Positions 18,623 to 28,746 of a stretch of 64,000 nt of DNA are shown here, in pieces. The stretch's first letter is position 1; the number at the start of each line of letters is the position of its first letter. The notes beneath the pieces were generated by a model. The model saw only the letters and a list, made by a program, of their open reading frames with translations. It ran no database searches and was not told where the DNA came from. Source of the stretch: Candidatus Shapirobacteria bacterium (lineage in GTDB: Bacteria > Patescibacteriota > Microgenomatia > UBA12405); assembly GCA_041663285.1 (NCBI GenBank), contig JBAZSP010000001.1, positions 81,838 through 145,837 on the forward strand, given 5' to 3'. The position numbers were made by a program, and so were the translations under genes.

Positions 18623-20578
18623 ATGATCAACTTAGGTAACGGAAAAAAGTATTATCCACTATTTACTGTACTATTTTTACTGTTATCTTTGGTTGGAGCC
18701 ATTGCCTTAGTCAAGACTTCCCAGGAAACCCGCAACAAAGCTGCCGGTCCTGCCGGCCAGTTAATCTGCCGTCGTGATAGTAACACCTCAATTACTTTAA
18801 TCAACAACACCGGCCGCGATATTCCTTACGAGATCCTTGAATTTAGAGGTTGCGACTGTAATGTCTCCCAATGTCTCACCGGTCGGACTAAATATATGCA
18901 GCCAACTGTTAGAAACGGTGAAACCAAAACCGAGTCAATGTCTCCGGCCAGGTGCGAAGCAGCTCAACTCGATATCAAAAGTCTGGTTACCGAATTTCCT
19001 TGTATCGACCCAAACACTGGAAGAAGCTGGGATGGTGGCACCGCCTTCGCCATTGACCGTGACTGTAGCATCTGTAATAATCCCACCCCCACCACCTCCT
19101 TGCCCACAGTATCCTGTAATGGCATCACCGTCACCAATGGTTCCGGCCAAGACATGAGCTCTTCTTCTGCAGAAGACCTGAAATTAGCTTTTCCGGGCGA
19201 GACTCTAAACATATCGTCAAGCTTTAGTCCAAATGGCTTACTTTTTTTTGCCAGGGTAAATGCTTATGCTACCAGAATCGATCTTCCTGCTAACCGGGTT
19301 GGTGATCTTTTCACTTTTCCGGCCAACAAGGTACCTGCATCCAATTCCGCCTCCGGCACAATTACCCTTCCCACCCAGCCTGGCACCTATTACTACAGCC
19401 TGGCTGCAAACGCCTATGAGAGTTCATCCTGCCGCTATCTTTGCGCCACCGATGGTAATTTCCGCCAAAACGGTGCCGGCACCGGTAGTTGTGATACATC
19501 AACTCAAGGCTGGCCTTCCGTCGGTCGTTGTACTAGTAATGGTTGTACCAAAAACTTAGCCATAAAAGTTATTCCCCAAAACTTATCCTGCACCAACTTA
19601 TCGATCACTAATTCCCAAGGTGTCAGTATCAGCTCCAGCAGCGCCGGTGACGTTAAAATCGTTAATCCAGGTGAGCGGTTAAATATTTCCACCAGTTTTT
19701 CCTCTTACGGTTTAGTCTATTATGCTCAGATGAAGAGTTTCGACGGTAATATTGCCGTCCAACCGGACAGAACCACCGGAATATTTACCAATATTCCTCA
19801 AAACGGCGTTCCTGCCTCCAGTAGCCCCATGTCGGATGGTTTTAACGCACCTGCTCAAGCCGGTACCTACATCTATCATTTCGCCACCAATGTTTTCGAT
19901 GATCCTCAATGTCAAATTCTATGTTCGGTCGATAGTAACCTCCGGCGTAATCCCTACGGTAGCGGTCATTGCAACGATCAGGCAACATCTCCCGCCTGGC
20001 CAATCATTAAACAATCCGGTTGTACCAGCGGTTGTCTTAAAAAATTAGTTATCCAGGTTAAAGAAACTTCTCCTTCTCCTTCTCCAACTCCCACTCCGAC
20101 TTCTACTTCTACTCCTTCTCCAACACCGACTACCACTCCCAGAAACACGCCGACTATCACCCCCACCCGGACGCCAACCCCAACTCCGACTACCCGCTTG
20201 ACGCCAACCCAAACCCCCACCGGAACCCTGAGACCTACCCAAACCCCCACTAACACCCCGGTTTCTTCGCCTACTCCAACCACTCCGGCTGAGTTAGTCT
20301 GTCAGTACTTGAAAGTCTACGACCAGAACTGGTCAGAGATTACCGACTTATCTACCTTAAAGCTTAATCAAAGGGTCTATTTTGCTACCAAAGAAACAGG
20401 AACCACCACTGCTACGCGGGCCAGGTTTAAGATTACTGTTAACGGTAATGCGTCTGACTGGCAAGAAACCTCCAGCAAAAATAGTCAGGGCGAACTCTAT
20501 ATTTCCTACACCATCAATCAGTCAGGTAGTTATGAAATCCAAGCCCAGGTATACCTGGAAGGCGTTGGACGGAGATAA
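18623..20578 (+). CDS. large secreted protein: N-terminal anchor, two tandem ~150-aa Cys-containing repeat domains, PT-linker, C-terminal domain
   Basis: N-terminus LLSLVGAIALVKTSQETRNKAAG. The internal repeat NGITVTNGSGQD...CTKNLAIKVIPQ parallels NLSITNSQGVSI...CLKKLVIQVKE. A PT-rich linker spans 20060-20290. Confidence 0.5.
   Translation: MINLGNGKKYYPLFTVLFLLLSLVGAIALVKTSQETRNKAAGPAGQLICRRDSNTSITLINNTGRDIPYEILEFRGCDCNVSQCLTGRTKYMQPTVRNGETKTESMSPARCEAAQLDIKSLVTEFPCIDPNTGRSWDGGTAFAIDRDCSICNNPTPTTSLPTVSCNGITVTNGSGQDMSSSSAEDLKLAFPGETLNISSSFSPNGLLFFARVNAYATRIDLPANRVGDLFTFPANKVPASNSASGTITLPTQPGTYYYSLAANAYESSSCRYLCATDGNFRQNGAGTGSCDTSTQGWPSVGRCTSNGCTKNLAIKVIPQNLSCTNLSITNSQGVSISSSSAGDVKIVNPGERLNISTSFSSYGLVYYAQMKSFDGNIAVQPDRTTGIFTNIPQNGVPASSSPMSDGFNAPAQAGTYIYHFATNVFDDPQCQILCSVDSNLRRNPYGSGHCNDQATSPAWPIIKQSGCTSGCLKKLVIQVKETSPSPSPTPTPTSTSTPSPTPTTTPRNTPTITPTRTPTPTPTTRLTPTQTPTGTLRPTQTPTNTPVSSPTPTTPAELVCQYLKVYDQNWSEITDLSTLKLNQRVYFATKETGTTTATRARFKITVNGNASDWQETSSKNSQGELYISYTINQSGSYEIQAQVYLEGVGRR
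20060..20290. repeat. Pro/Thr codon repeat (PT linker) inside CDS 18623-20578
   Basis: Encodes SPSPSPTPTPTSTSTPSPTPTTTP...; the antisense strand gives spurious ORFs 19978-20283 and 20045-20242. Confidence 0.8.
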
Positions 20579-20581
20579 AAT

Positions 20582-22072
20582 ATGTTTCAAGACACACTAA
20601 AAAATAATCTGAAAATTATCGCTATCGCAGTGTCTTTGCTGACTTTAGTTGGCGCCGTCGCTTTAGTAAAAAGAAGACAGGAATTGCGCCGAAGTGCCGC
20701 CGAAGAAGTAGTCAATACTTTCCGCAGTAAGCCCAACGACGGCCTATGGAAAAAAGTCAGCTATGATGCCTATGTCCAAAACGAGCCAGCTGGGTGTCAA
20801 GGTGTTTCCGCTTCACTCTGTCAGCCAAAACCATATCCGTCTGCCGGTAATTGGAATCAGTCGTCATATTCCGATACTGGTTGGCAAAGCGGTTACAGTG
20901 TCGATAGCTCTTGGTGGCAAGGTCAGGATTGGGCTTGCTCACGCAACTTTATTCAATCAGGAAGTCAGATAATTGGGCCGGTTGCTCCATCGAATGGTCT
21001 CTTTCCCAATATAAACGACACTACCGGCTTATACCGCCGAAAGTTTACCTTGCCCCAAGGTGTTGATATCGTTCGGGCTAACATCAAATTATTCAGCGAC
21101 AACAAGGTCATAGTCTACATTAATGGTAATCTGGTCAATAGTTCTTACAACGAACTTTGCTACGAATATTCCATTAATCCCAACTTCCTTCAGTCCGGCC
21201 AGAATATCTTAGCCATCCAGCTTTCCAACGATGCTGTTAACCAGGCCGATAATCCGCTGGGGGTTGCTTACGAGTTAAATGTCGTTACCTCCTCCGAACC
21301 TCCGATAGTAGTCCCCACCAATACTCCGATCCCCACTGTCACCTCTACCCCCTCCCCGGTTCCCACCTATAGTCCCTGTGTTATTAGATTCGATGTTTTG
21401 GTTACGCCCACTCCAACACTGACACCGACAAATACCCCAACCGGCTCGCCCTCACCCACCCCCACCAAAACTCCGACTCCAACCATCACGCCGACTCCCA
21501 CCAACACGCCCACCGGTACCCTAACCCCAACTCTTTCTCCCACCAATACTCCTACGAACACCCCAACTTCAACCCCAACTCCGACGCGTACTCCAACCCC
21601 CACCAACACGCCAACACCTACTAATACGCCCCGGCCCACTAATACCCCGGTTTTAAGTTCCACCCCCACCCCCACTTTTACCCCATCTCCGACTGGCACA
21701 CTTAGACCTACCAACACCTTAGTTCCCACTAACACCCTCCGGCCTACCAATACATTGATTCCTACCAGTACACCTCGGCCCACCTCAACTCCGGTACTTC
21801 GCTGTGGTTCTACTTGCGGCGACTCCATTGGTGGTCAATGTCCGGCCGATCATACCTGCTATCAAAACACCTGTGTTCTTAATGCTTGCCTAGAAGGTGT
21901 TCCTTGTGACGCCAGCCAGTGTGTTACTTTAAAGCCAACCAAAACCCCGACCCCAATCGTCGCCTCTCCCACCCGGATTACCCTGCCTGATGCTGGCTTT
22001 GACTTCCCCGTAAAGGCAATTGCCATTGTCGGCATCATCGTCACCCTCTTCGGTTTCCTGATTTTGTTGTAA
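20582..22072 (+). CDS. large secreted protein paralogous at the N-terminus to 18623-20578, with ~170-aa PT-linker, Cys-rich module and C-terminal LPDAG + hydrophobic anchor
   Basis: N-terminus [24 protein letters not shown] matches the LLxLVGAxALVK..QE.R..AA of the upstream protein. PT linker spans 21290-21800. Then [41 protein letters not shown]-terminus is [31 protein letters not shown]. Confidence 0.5.
   Translation: MFQDTLKNNLKIIAIAVSLLTLVGAVALVKRRQELRRSAAEEVVNTFRSKPNDGLWKKVSYDAYVQNEPAGCQGVSASLCQPKPYPSAGNWNQSSYSDTGWQSGYSVDSSWWQGQDWACSRNFIQSGSQIIGPVAPSNGLFPNINDTTGLYRRKFTLPQGVDIVRANIKLFSDNKVIVYINGNLVNSSYNELCYEYSINPNFLQSGQNILAIQLSNDAVNQADNPLGVAYELNVVTSSEPPIVVPTNTPIPTVTSTPSPVPTYSPCVIRFDVLVTPTPTLTPTNTPTGSPSPTPTKTPTPTITPTPTNTPTGTLTPTLSPTNTPTNTPTSTPTPTRTPTPTNTPTPTNTPRPTNTPVLSSTPTPTFTPSPTGTLRPTNTLVPTNTLRPTNTLIPTSTPRPTSTPVLRCGSTCGDSIGGQCPADHTCYQNTCVLNACLEGVPCDASQCVTLKPTKTPTPIVASPTRITLPDAGFDFPVKAIAIVGIIVTLFGFLILL
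21290..21800. repeat. Pro/Thr codon repeat (PT linker) inside CDS 20582-22072
   Basis: TPTxTPT units repeated over ~170 codons; the antisense strand gives spurious ORF 21367-21828. Confidence 0.8.
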
Positions 22073-22080
22073 ACTTACCT

Positions 22081-23004
22081 GTGACAAAAAATAACGGGTT
22101 CTTATCCTTGCTTGAAGCTTTGCGCCCTAGTCAGTGGATTAAAAATTTAAGTATCTTTTCGGCTGCCTTGCTAAACGGGCAGTTATTCGACACCGATATT
22201 TTTGTCAAAAGTGCTTTCGGCTTCGTCGCCTTCTGCCTATTGTCCTCGTCTTCCTATCTTATAAACGATCTCCAGGATATCGACAAAGACCGTCTCCACC
22301 CGTCAAAGAAGAACCGCCCACTGGCCAGGGGAGATGTTTCCAAATTTTCCGCCATCGCGACCTCAGTAGCTCTTTTTATTTCTGGCTTGTCAATGGCCTC
22401 ATTGGTCAACTCCGCCTTTTTACAACTTTCTTTTGTTTTTATTATCCTGCAATACAGTTACTCATTCCTCTTCAAGAAGAAAGCAATTATAGACATCATC
22501 GGCATTGCCCTGTTTTTCATAATCCGTGCATATGCCGGCGAAATTGCATCCGGCTATCACCTTCCGGTCTGGATAATGCTTACCGTCATATTCTTGTCGT
22601 TATTTATTGCCTCCGGTAAACGTCGTACCGAACTTTATGTTACCGGCAGAAAGGCCAGGTCAGCCATGAAAGGCTATGGTAAGGCATTGCTTAATTTTTA
22701 CACCACTATGTTTGCCGTTTCTACCCTAATTACGTACGCCATGTTTACCTTTCTGGAAGAGCCGGTTAGGTTTCAGGGCATAATTCACCATTTTTTACTG
22801 GAAAATTTTCCTTCTGCTATCGACCGCAAGTGGTACATGATAACCCTGTTACCGGTCATATTTGGCATTATGCGTTACGGTCAAATCATCTTCGAAATGC
22901 AGGAAGGGGAGAAGCCCGAAAGAATAATTACCACCGACATCCCTTTAATATTTTCAATTGCTCTTTGGGGCTTAATGATAATTACAGTTATCTATGTCCT
23001 CTAG
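22081..23004 (+). CDS. UbiA-family prenyltransferase, decaprenyl-phosphate phosphoribosyltransferase (DPPR synthase)-like
   Basis: ~8 TM helices, the Asp-rich motif NDLQDIDKDRLHPSKKNRPLARG (NDxxDxxxD) and N-terminus QWIKNLSIF as in the Rv3806c-type enzymes. Confidence 0.65.
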   Translation: MTKNNGFLSLLEALRPSQWIKNLSIFSAALLNGQLFDTDIFVKSAFGFVAFCLLSSSSYLINDLQDIDKDRLHPSKKNRPLARGDVSKFSAIATSVALFISGLSMASLVNSAFLQLSFVFIILQYSYSFLFKKKAIIDIIGIALFFIIRAYAGEIASGYHLPVWIMLTVIFLSLFIASGKRRTELYVTGRKARSAMKGYGKALLNFYTTMFAVSTLITYAMFTFLEEPVRFQGIIHHFLLENFPSAIDRKWYMITLLPVIFGIMRYGQIIFEMQEGEKPERIITTDIPLIFSIALWGLMIITVIYVL

Positions 23005-24574
23005 GGTTTGGCTGGCTCGGTCCTTCGCCGTTTTTCTTTTCCTTCTTGTTCTTCTGACGAGATTTGTAAAAGTCGACTGGGGAGATGGCTATTTTTTCCA
23101 TCCGGACGAAAACAATATGGCCCAGGCAGTCTCCCGGATGTCACCCGATGATCTGGACCCCCGGTTTTACGCATATGGCCAACTCCCTTTGTTTTTGTCC
23201 TACTTTTCTTTAAGGTTGGTCGGTTTGTCCAATAGTTTTGAAAATGCCGTTATCAGTCTAAGGTTGTGGTCTGGCCTTTTTTCTTCCATATCCGTGCTAT
23301 TTATTTACCTTATTGCTCAAAAACTTTTTCCTCCCCGAATCGCCCTGGCTTGTTTTGCTTTCTCCATTTTCTCTCCCGGTTTAATTCAGTCGGCTCATTT
23401 TGGAACCACCGAGTCAATCCTTCTTTTTGTTTTTGCTGCTAATTTATTTCTAAGTCTCAACTTTGTCTCAACCGGTAATCTGGCTCTATTATTAGTAGCG
23501 GCTATTATTAGCGGATTTGGCCTGGCAACCAAGGTTACTGCCCTCATTCTCATGGGCCCTGTTTACTTGGCCATTCTGGTGCACCTATTCCGGACAAAAA
23601 AAATTCTGCTAAGCTTGCTAACACTTCTACTCTTTACCTTACTTGCTTTGGTTATTTTTATTTTAGCCTCGCCCTTTAACTTAATTTCCCGCGCAGATTT
23701 TTTATCAACTTTAAAATACGAAGCATCGGTTGCCACCGGCACGTCCCCGGTGTTTTATACCCGTCAGTTTATCGGAACCTTGCCTTATATTTTTCAGCTG
23801 CTTCGGGTGTTTCCTTATGCCTTAGGCATCCCGCTTTGTTTGGCAGCCGCAATTGGCTGGTTTTTATCGTTAGTTCCATCAGTCGGCAAACACAAAACAT
23901 TTTGGTTTATTATTATTTTTTCGTCCCTAGCTTACTTTGTTTATAACGGTCAACTTTATACTAAGTGGACCCGTTTTATGGCGCCTCTATTTATTTTGGC
24001 TCCTCTATTTGCTGCCAACTTTATAAAAGCTTTTCCTGCGTCATCAAAAGTCAAAGCCTCTCTTTTGGTTCTTTGTCTGATTCCCGGCTGGCTTTTTTTA
24101 ACCATTTATTTTCAAAAAGACATTCGGGTTACTGCCTCCGAATGGCTGATTACTAACATAAAGTCCGGATCCACCGTTCTGTCTGAAGCCGGAAATGTCG
24201 TGAATCTTCCGGTTGGCGATCATCAGTTGATTGTCGTAAATTTTGATTTCTACGGTCTCGACGCCAGCCCTACTCTTCAACAGGAGCTGCCCAACCACCT
24301 TTATTCAGCTGATTATCTTTTGGTGCCCTCCCGCCGTATTTTTAAAAATCAATCCAGTCCCAGTTTTCCCTATAGTCAACGTTACTATCAAAAATTATTT
24401 TCCGGCGAGCTTGGGTTCTTACCGGTCAAAGTTTTTTCAAACCCTCTGGCCACACTGCTTGATACCGAAAATGCCGAAGAGACTTTTTCGGTGTTTGATC
24501 ATCCCAAAATCCGTCTTTATAAAAAAATAACCCCTAAATCCCAAGGTGAATACCAGAGTTTATTAACTCCTTAA
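22994..24574 (+). CDS. GT-C fold membrane glycosyltransferase (GT39/PMT/ArnT-like)
   Basis: 526 aa polytopic, first extracytoplasmic loop with the HPDE motif (FFHPDENNMAQAV), large C-terminal soluble domain. Confidence 0.6.
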   Translation: MSSRVWLARSFAVFLFLLVLLTRFVKVDWGDGYFFHPDENNMAQAVSRMSPDDLDPRFYAYGQLPLFLSYFSLRLVGLSNSFENAVISLRLWSGLFSSISVLFIYLIAQKLFPPRIALACFAFSIFSPGLIQSAHFGTTESILLFVFAANLFLSLNFVSTGNLALLLVAAIISGFGLATKVTALILMGPVYLAILVHLFRTKKILLSLLTLLLFTLLALVIFILASPFNLISRADFLSTLKYEASVATGTSPVFYTRQFIGTLPYIFQLLRVFPYALGIPLCLAAAIGWFLSLVPSVGKHKTFWFIIIFSSLAYFVYNGQLYTKWTRFMAPLFILAPLFAANFIKAFPASSKVKASLLVLCLIPGWLFLTIYFQKDIRVTASEWLITNIKSGSTVLSEAGNVVNLPVGDHQLIVVNFDFYGLDASPTLQQELPNHLYSADYLLVPSRRIFKNQSSPSFPYSQRYYQKLFSGELGFLPVKVFSNPLATLLDTENAEETFSVFDHPKIRLYKKITPKSQGEYQSLLTP

Positions 24575-24581
24575 TACCCTT

Positions 24582-26297
24582 ATGGCCAGACTACCCACCC
24601 GTTTCCACTATCTGCCCGTGTTAGTAGTTATTCTTTTACTGGGTTTCTTTTTCCGGTTTTACGGTCTTAATTGGGATCAAAGTCAGCATCTTCACCCAGA
24701 CGAAAGATTTTTAACCATGGTTGTTACCGCCATGAAATTACCCATCAACATTACGGAATATTTTGATCCGCAGCTTAGTTTACTCAATCCCTACAATCTT
24801 AATTTTAGCTTTTTTGTCTACGGCACTTTGCCCCTGGTTATAACCAAAATTATCGGCCAACTTCTAAATTACACCGAATACTGGAACGTATTTTTAGTCG
24901 GCCGGGTTTTGTCGGCTGTTCTTGATCTGGGTGTAGTTATTCTTATATACCGGATCTCCAAAACTATTTCGGGCCCAAAAGCAGCCCTGGGCGCCGCTTT
25001 TATCTATTCGGTTATGGTATTGCCCATTCAGCTGTCCCATTTTTTCGCCGTTGACACCTTTGTCAATTTTTTTGTTGTACTCACTCTTTTTCTAACTTTA
25101 AAATATCTTCCGAAACACCCCTTCCGCGGCTCACTTCTGGCTGGGGGGGCCTTCGCCCTTGCTCTAGCCTGCAAAATATCCGCCCTCTACTTTAGTCCGG
25201 TTATTGCGTTCTTGTTTGTATACAGCTTTCTCGTCTTCACTCCCAAGCTGTTGGCAAAAATCGTCAATCTGATAGTCTATGGCCTCTTATTTTTATTTAG
25301 TTGTTTCTTTATTTTCAGGCTAATTCAGCCACATTTGTTCCAAACTCAAAACATTTTTAGTTTTTCTCTTGAACCCCGCTTTATCAGCAATCTTAAAGAG
25401 CTAACCTCTTACTCCGATAAAAATAGTTGGTACCCCCCTGGCATCCAGTGGAAAACTACCCGCCCTCTTTTATTCCCCTTAACCAATCTGGCTTTGTGGG
25501 GACTTGGCGTTCCTCTTTTTCTTGTAACCTGTTTGGGTTTAATTCTGCAGTTCTGGGGTATCAAAAAGAATATAAAAAAACTATTTTGTTGCCCTTCCCT
25601 TTTTACTATAGCGGTCTTGTCTCTTTGGCTGGTTGCTTTCTTTTTATATCAAGGCAGCCAACACGTCAAAACCATGCGTTACTTTCTTATCCTTTACCCC
25701 ATACTGGCTATTTTGGCCGGAGAAGCTTTTGCCCGCCTTCTGGCTTTTTTTGTCAGAAAATCAACACTGCTGGCTGTCTTTTTCATCTTTGCCTTTCTTG
25801 CCTATCCTCTTTCTTTTATGTCCATTTATACTCACCAAATTACCCGGGTTGCTGCTTCCGAATGGATCTATCGTCATATTCCTTCCGGTTCAACCTTGAC
25901 TTATGAGCTCTGGGACGATCCTCTGCCTCTTTCCCTGCCCGGATACCCGGTTAATCAATATCAGCTTTTGGAGCTAAAAATGTTTGACAAAGATAGTCCG
26001 GAAAAGTGGCAGGATCTTTCTAAAAAATTATCCCAGGTCGATTATTTAGTTATGTCGTCCAACCGTTTGCACGGCACTATTCCGAAACATCCCGAATATT
26101 ATCCCCAGTCATCCGTCTTTTACCAGAGTTTGCTCGCCAATACCCACCCCGATTTTAAAAAAATTGCCGAGTTTACCTCCCGGCCTTGCTTTCCTCCAGT
26201 TGGTTCTCCTCTATTTTGCCTGGTCGACGACTTTGCCGAAGAAGCCTTCACTGTCTACGACCACCCTAAAGTACTGATCTATCAAAAAACATTATAG
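24582..26297 (+). CDS. GT-C fold membrane glycosyltransferase (GT39/PMT/ArnT-like), paralogue of 22994-24574
   Basis: 571 aa polytopic, loop-1 motif HLHPDERFLTMVV, C-terminal domain similar to the preceding gene (…FTVYDHPKVLIYQK vs …FSVFDHPKIRLYKK). Confidence 0.65.
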   Translation: MARLPTRFHYLPVLVVILLLGFFFRFYGLNWDQSQHLHPDERFLTMVVTAMKLPINITEYFDPQLSLLNPYNLNFSFFVYGTLPLVITKIIGQLLNYTEYWNVFLVGRVLSAVLDLGVVILIYRISKTISGPKAALGAAFIYSVMVLPIQLSHFFAVDTFVNFFVVLTLFLTLKYLPKHPFRGSLLAGGAFALALACKISALYFSPVIAFLFVYSFLVFTPKLLAKIVNLIVYGLLFLFSCFFIFRLIQPHLFQTQNIFSFSLEPRFISNLKELTSYSDKNSWYPPGIQWKTTRPLLFPLTNLALWGLGVPLFLVTCLGLILQFWGIKKNIKKLFCCPSLFTIAVLSLWLVAFFLYQGSQHVKTMRYFLILYPILAILAGEAFARLLAFFVRKSTLLAVFFIFAFLAYPLSFMSIYTHQITRVAASEWIYRHIPSGSTLTYELWDDPLPLSLPGYPVNQYQLLELKMFDKDSPEKWQDLSKKLSQVDYLVMSSNRLHGTIPKHPEYYPQSSVFYQSLLANTHPDFKKIAEFTSRPCFPPVGSPLFCLVDDFAEEAFTVYDHPKVLIYQKTL

Positions 26298-26300
26298 ACC

Positions 26301-27908
26301 ATGCCCAAGCTATTTCACCTAAGCGCCGCTTTTCTTTTTTTCTACTCTTCCCTTGGCCTTTTTTGGGCCCCTTTGTCGCCATTGCTGGCCAAAACACTTA
26401 TCGTCTCTTGGATGTTGATTTTTGTTTGGCTGCTGGCTTTTGGTATCTACCTTGAAATTCAGAATTTACGACAAAAAAAATATCCCATATATACCGCCAT
26501 TAGTCTCTTTATAACCTTTGCCATAATTTTATCCAATATTGCCAACGGCAAATATCTTTATGGCGAAATAGCCCAGGAAACTACTTGTTTATTTAATCAC
26601 CTCAGTGCTTCATCGGATCTTGGATTCAACCAAACTTGTCTTTTTGGTTATCCGGCCCGGCAGTTTATATTTTCCTCACTGCCATCCTTTTTTGGCCGGT
26701 CACTTTTTTTATTGAACGTTGGCCCATTCCTTTATTTTATAATCGGCCTTACCCTTTTTATCGCCGGTATTAGGTATTTTATTGATGATTCTCGAACCGG
26801 CGATCTCCTAACAGCATTGTTTATTTGGCTTTTACCCCATTCACCTCACTTTTTTCATCTTGTTTTTAGCTTTGAGCAGGCTCTCTTTCCCCTTTGTTTT
26901 ACTCTCGCCCTGTTAGGCTTGTTTTTTGCCTTCCAAAAAGCCAAAGACGTCTTTCCATTATTCGGCTTTGGCCAGGTTATCCTTCTTTTAACTTATTCCT
27001 ACACCCCCTCCTTGTCTGTCGTTCTTTTGTCTTTCGTGGCCTTATTTTATTTTTTGTTTCTCTATCGTCACCAGTTTAAGATAACCATCTCGCTATCACT
27101 TATAATCATCTTTTGCGCTATTAATCTCCTTAGCTCAGTGACCCTTCGTCAGGACCTTAACAGGCAGAATTCAAGCGCAAACCCTTCGGTATTATCGGCC
27201 AGCCTAACCGTCTTATCTCATGTTTTTTTTCAAAGCCAGGGAAAAAACTTTGTTGATCCCCAGATTCAAGCCTGGTTTATCCTGGCCACCGCCGCTCCGT
27301 TGCTTTTGGTTTATGGCTTCCGTCATTTTGTCATTTCTTTGTGGGTCGTTGCTACTATTTTACTTTCCGCTTTATCTCCTGGCTACGCCTCACCTCCCAT
27401 CGATTTTGCTCTACATCGGGCGATTATAATTATCCCTGTACTCTACGCCCAAAATCTAATAGCGCTAATTCATAGAAAAACTATCTGCCAGATTCTTCCG
27501 TTGCTTCAACTTTTGTTACTCCTTTTAGCTGTCAGCGGGGTGTCCAAATACTTGTCCTATACCCAAGGCCAGTCGATTTCTCCATATTATTCCGTCATTA
27601 CCTGGTTGGCCGAGAAAAATATTATTGTACCCAAAACTCCGGCTACCGTTTATTTTGCTTCGGGTATCAATTCCGGCATTACTTCGCTTCGTGACTTTAT
27701 GCCCTATTTTTATCCCAACGTTTCCACTCATAGTCTCGATCATCAATTTTGTCAGTTAAGTCAAACTATTCCTCCCGGCATCTACATATTCCCGTCAGAT
27801 TTTTCCTGTGGGTTACTCAACGACTCTCCCGCTTTTCGCCAGGAGCAGTATCTTGAACCTTCCACTCACCAAGTTTATTTAATAAAAAATATTAGCCAGG
27901 TTTTCTAA
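26301..27908 (+). CDS. polytopic membrane protein, probable additional GT-C-type glycosyltransferase
   Basis: 535 aa with more than 10 TM helices, translationally adjacent in the same gene string. No diagnostic motif recognised. Confidence 0.4.
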   Translation: MPKLFHLSAAFLFFYSSLGLFWAPLSPLLAKTLIVSWMLIFVWLLAFGIYLEIQNLRQKKYPIYTAISLFITFAIILSNIANGKYLYGEIAQETTCLFNHLSASSDLGFNQTCLFGYPARQFIFSSLPSFFGRSLFLLNVGPFLYFIIGLTLFIAGIRYFIDDSRTGDLLTALFIWLLPHSPHFFHLVFSFEQALFPLCFTLALLGLFFAFQKAKDVFPLFGFGQVILLLTYSYTPSLSVVLLSFVALFYFLFLYRHQFKITISLSLIIIFCAINLLSSVTLRQDLNRQNSSANPSVLSASLTVLSHVFFQSQGKNFVDPQIQAWFILATAAPLLLVYGFRHFVISLWVVATILLSALSPGYASPPIDFALHRAIIIIPVLYAQNLIALIHRKTICQILPLLQLLLLLLAVSGVSKYLSYTQGQSISPYYSVITWLAEKNIIVPKTPATVYFASGINSGITSLRDFMPYFYPNVSTHSLDHQFCQLSQTIPPGIYIFPSDFSCGLLNDSPAFRQEQYLEPSTHQVYLIKNISQVF

Positions 27909-28746
27909 TTTGATATACCAGGTTAACCGAGGTCGCGAAAACCTTGTTGGTATCGTTTAGCCTGTCAATTAATTCTATCGGCCAAAGTAGAAGCGACATC
28001 AGTTTCGATTTTTTCCGGTTTGGAGTAAACCGATTAAAGTTTTTTAACCAGCCCTTCTCGACCAAATTTTTACCGATTCCGTAAAAAACAAAATGGGAGA
28101 AGGGTAAACAAAAATGTGTTGCTCGCCACTTTAACTTTGTCTCAAAACCCGTTTTTAACAACTTTAACTCAATATCTTTTTCAGCATACAGCCTCTGATG
28201 ATCAGCCCAAATTCCCGACAACCACCAAATATGTGAAGGTAAGTGTTTTTTTGTAAGCCTCTCCAGTATCCAGTTGGCCGGATCCCATGCCCAGGGGTAG
28301 TTTATATTCGGAACAGTTATCATTACTATCCCACCCGGTTTTAGTACCCTAAAAATTTCCTTAAGGGCTAAGACGTCATCGGGGATGTGTTCGAGGATTT
28401 CTGACGCAATTACCCTATCGAAAAAATCATTTTTAAAAGGTAATTGGGTCGCGTCGGCCACCAAGAGTTTCTCATTACTGCTGGCCCCATTTTTTGCTTG
28501 CTCTAAGTATCTGGTATTAAGGTCTATACCCCAAATTTTTGTTTTCGGCTGTAATTTTGCCAAGTTATTAACGTAAAAGCCGCGACCACAACCCACCTCC
28601 AAAATTTTTTCTCTTCCTACTAAGCCAATATTTTTCAAAACCAGCCCAGCCCGTCTTTTATATGCCGGGTCAGGCTCGCGGGACAGTAATTTGTCAATTT
28701 GTATTAAATAGTTTTTCATATTTGTCCAACGTCCTTTGGTAATCAA
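27892..28746 (-). CDS. class I SAM-dependent methyltransferase
   Basis: Motif I ILEVGCGRGFYVNNLA and downstream motifs; 284 aa. The true start is probably the internal Met (MKNYLIQ...). Confidence 0.65.
   Translation of the reverse strand: MITKGRWTNMKNYLIQIDKLLSREPDPAYKRRAGLVLKNIGLVGREKILEVGCGRGFYVNNLAKLQPKTKIWGIDLNTRYLEQAKNGASSNEKLLVADATQLPFKNDFFDRVIASEILEHIPDDVLALKEIFRVLKPGGIVMITVPNINYPWAWDPANWILERLTKKHLPSHIWWLSGIWADHQRLYAEKDIELKLLKTGFETKLKWRATHFCLPFSHFVFYGIGKNLVEKGWLKNFNRFTPNRKKSKLMSLLLWPIELIDRLNDTNKVFATSVNLVYQIRKPG

Noticed and set aside
25427-25906. Alternative-frame ORFs (159 and 88 aa) inside the GT-C gene 24582-26297
   Set aside because: They are same-strand off-frame ORFs nested in a CDS with strong family support. 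They are Pro/Cys/Phe-rich, as expected from frame-shifted reading of a hydrophobic membrane protein.
28694-28746. 53-nt overlap between the methyltransferase and GT4 ORFs, and 68-nt overlap between the GT4 and HAD ORFs
   Set aside because: These are artefacts of taking the longest ORF. Internal Met codons (MKNYLIQ... for the methyltransferase, MKLLFVLTFY... for the GT4) give family-typical N-termini and remove the overlaps.
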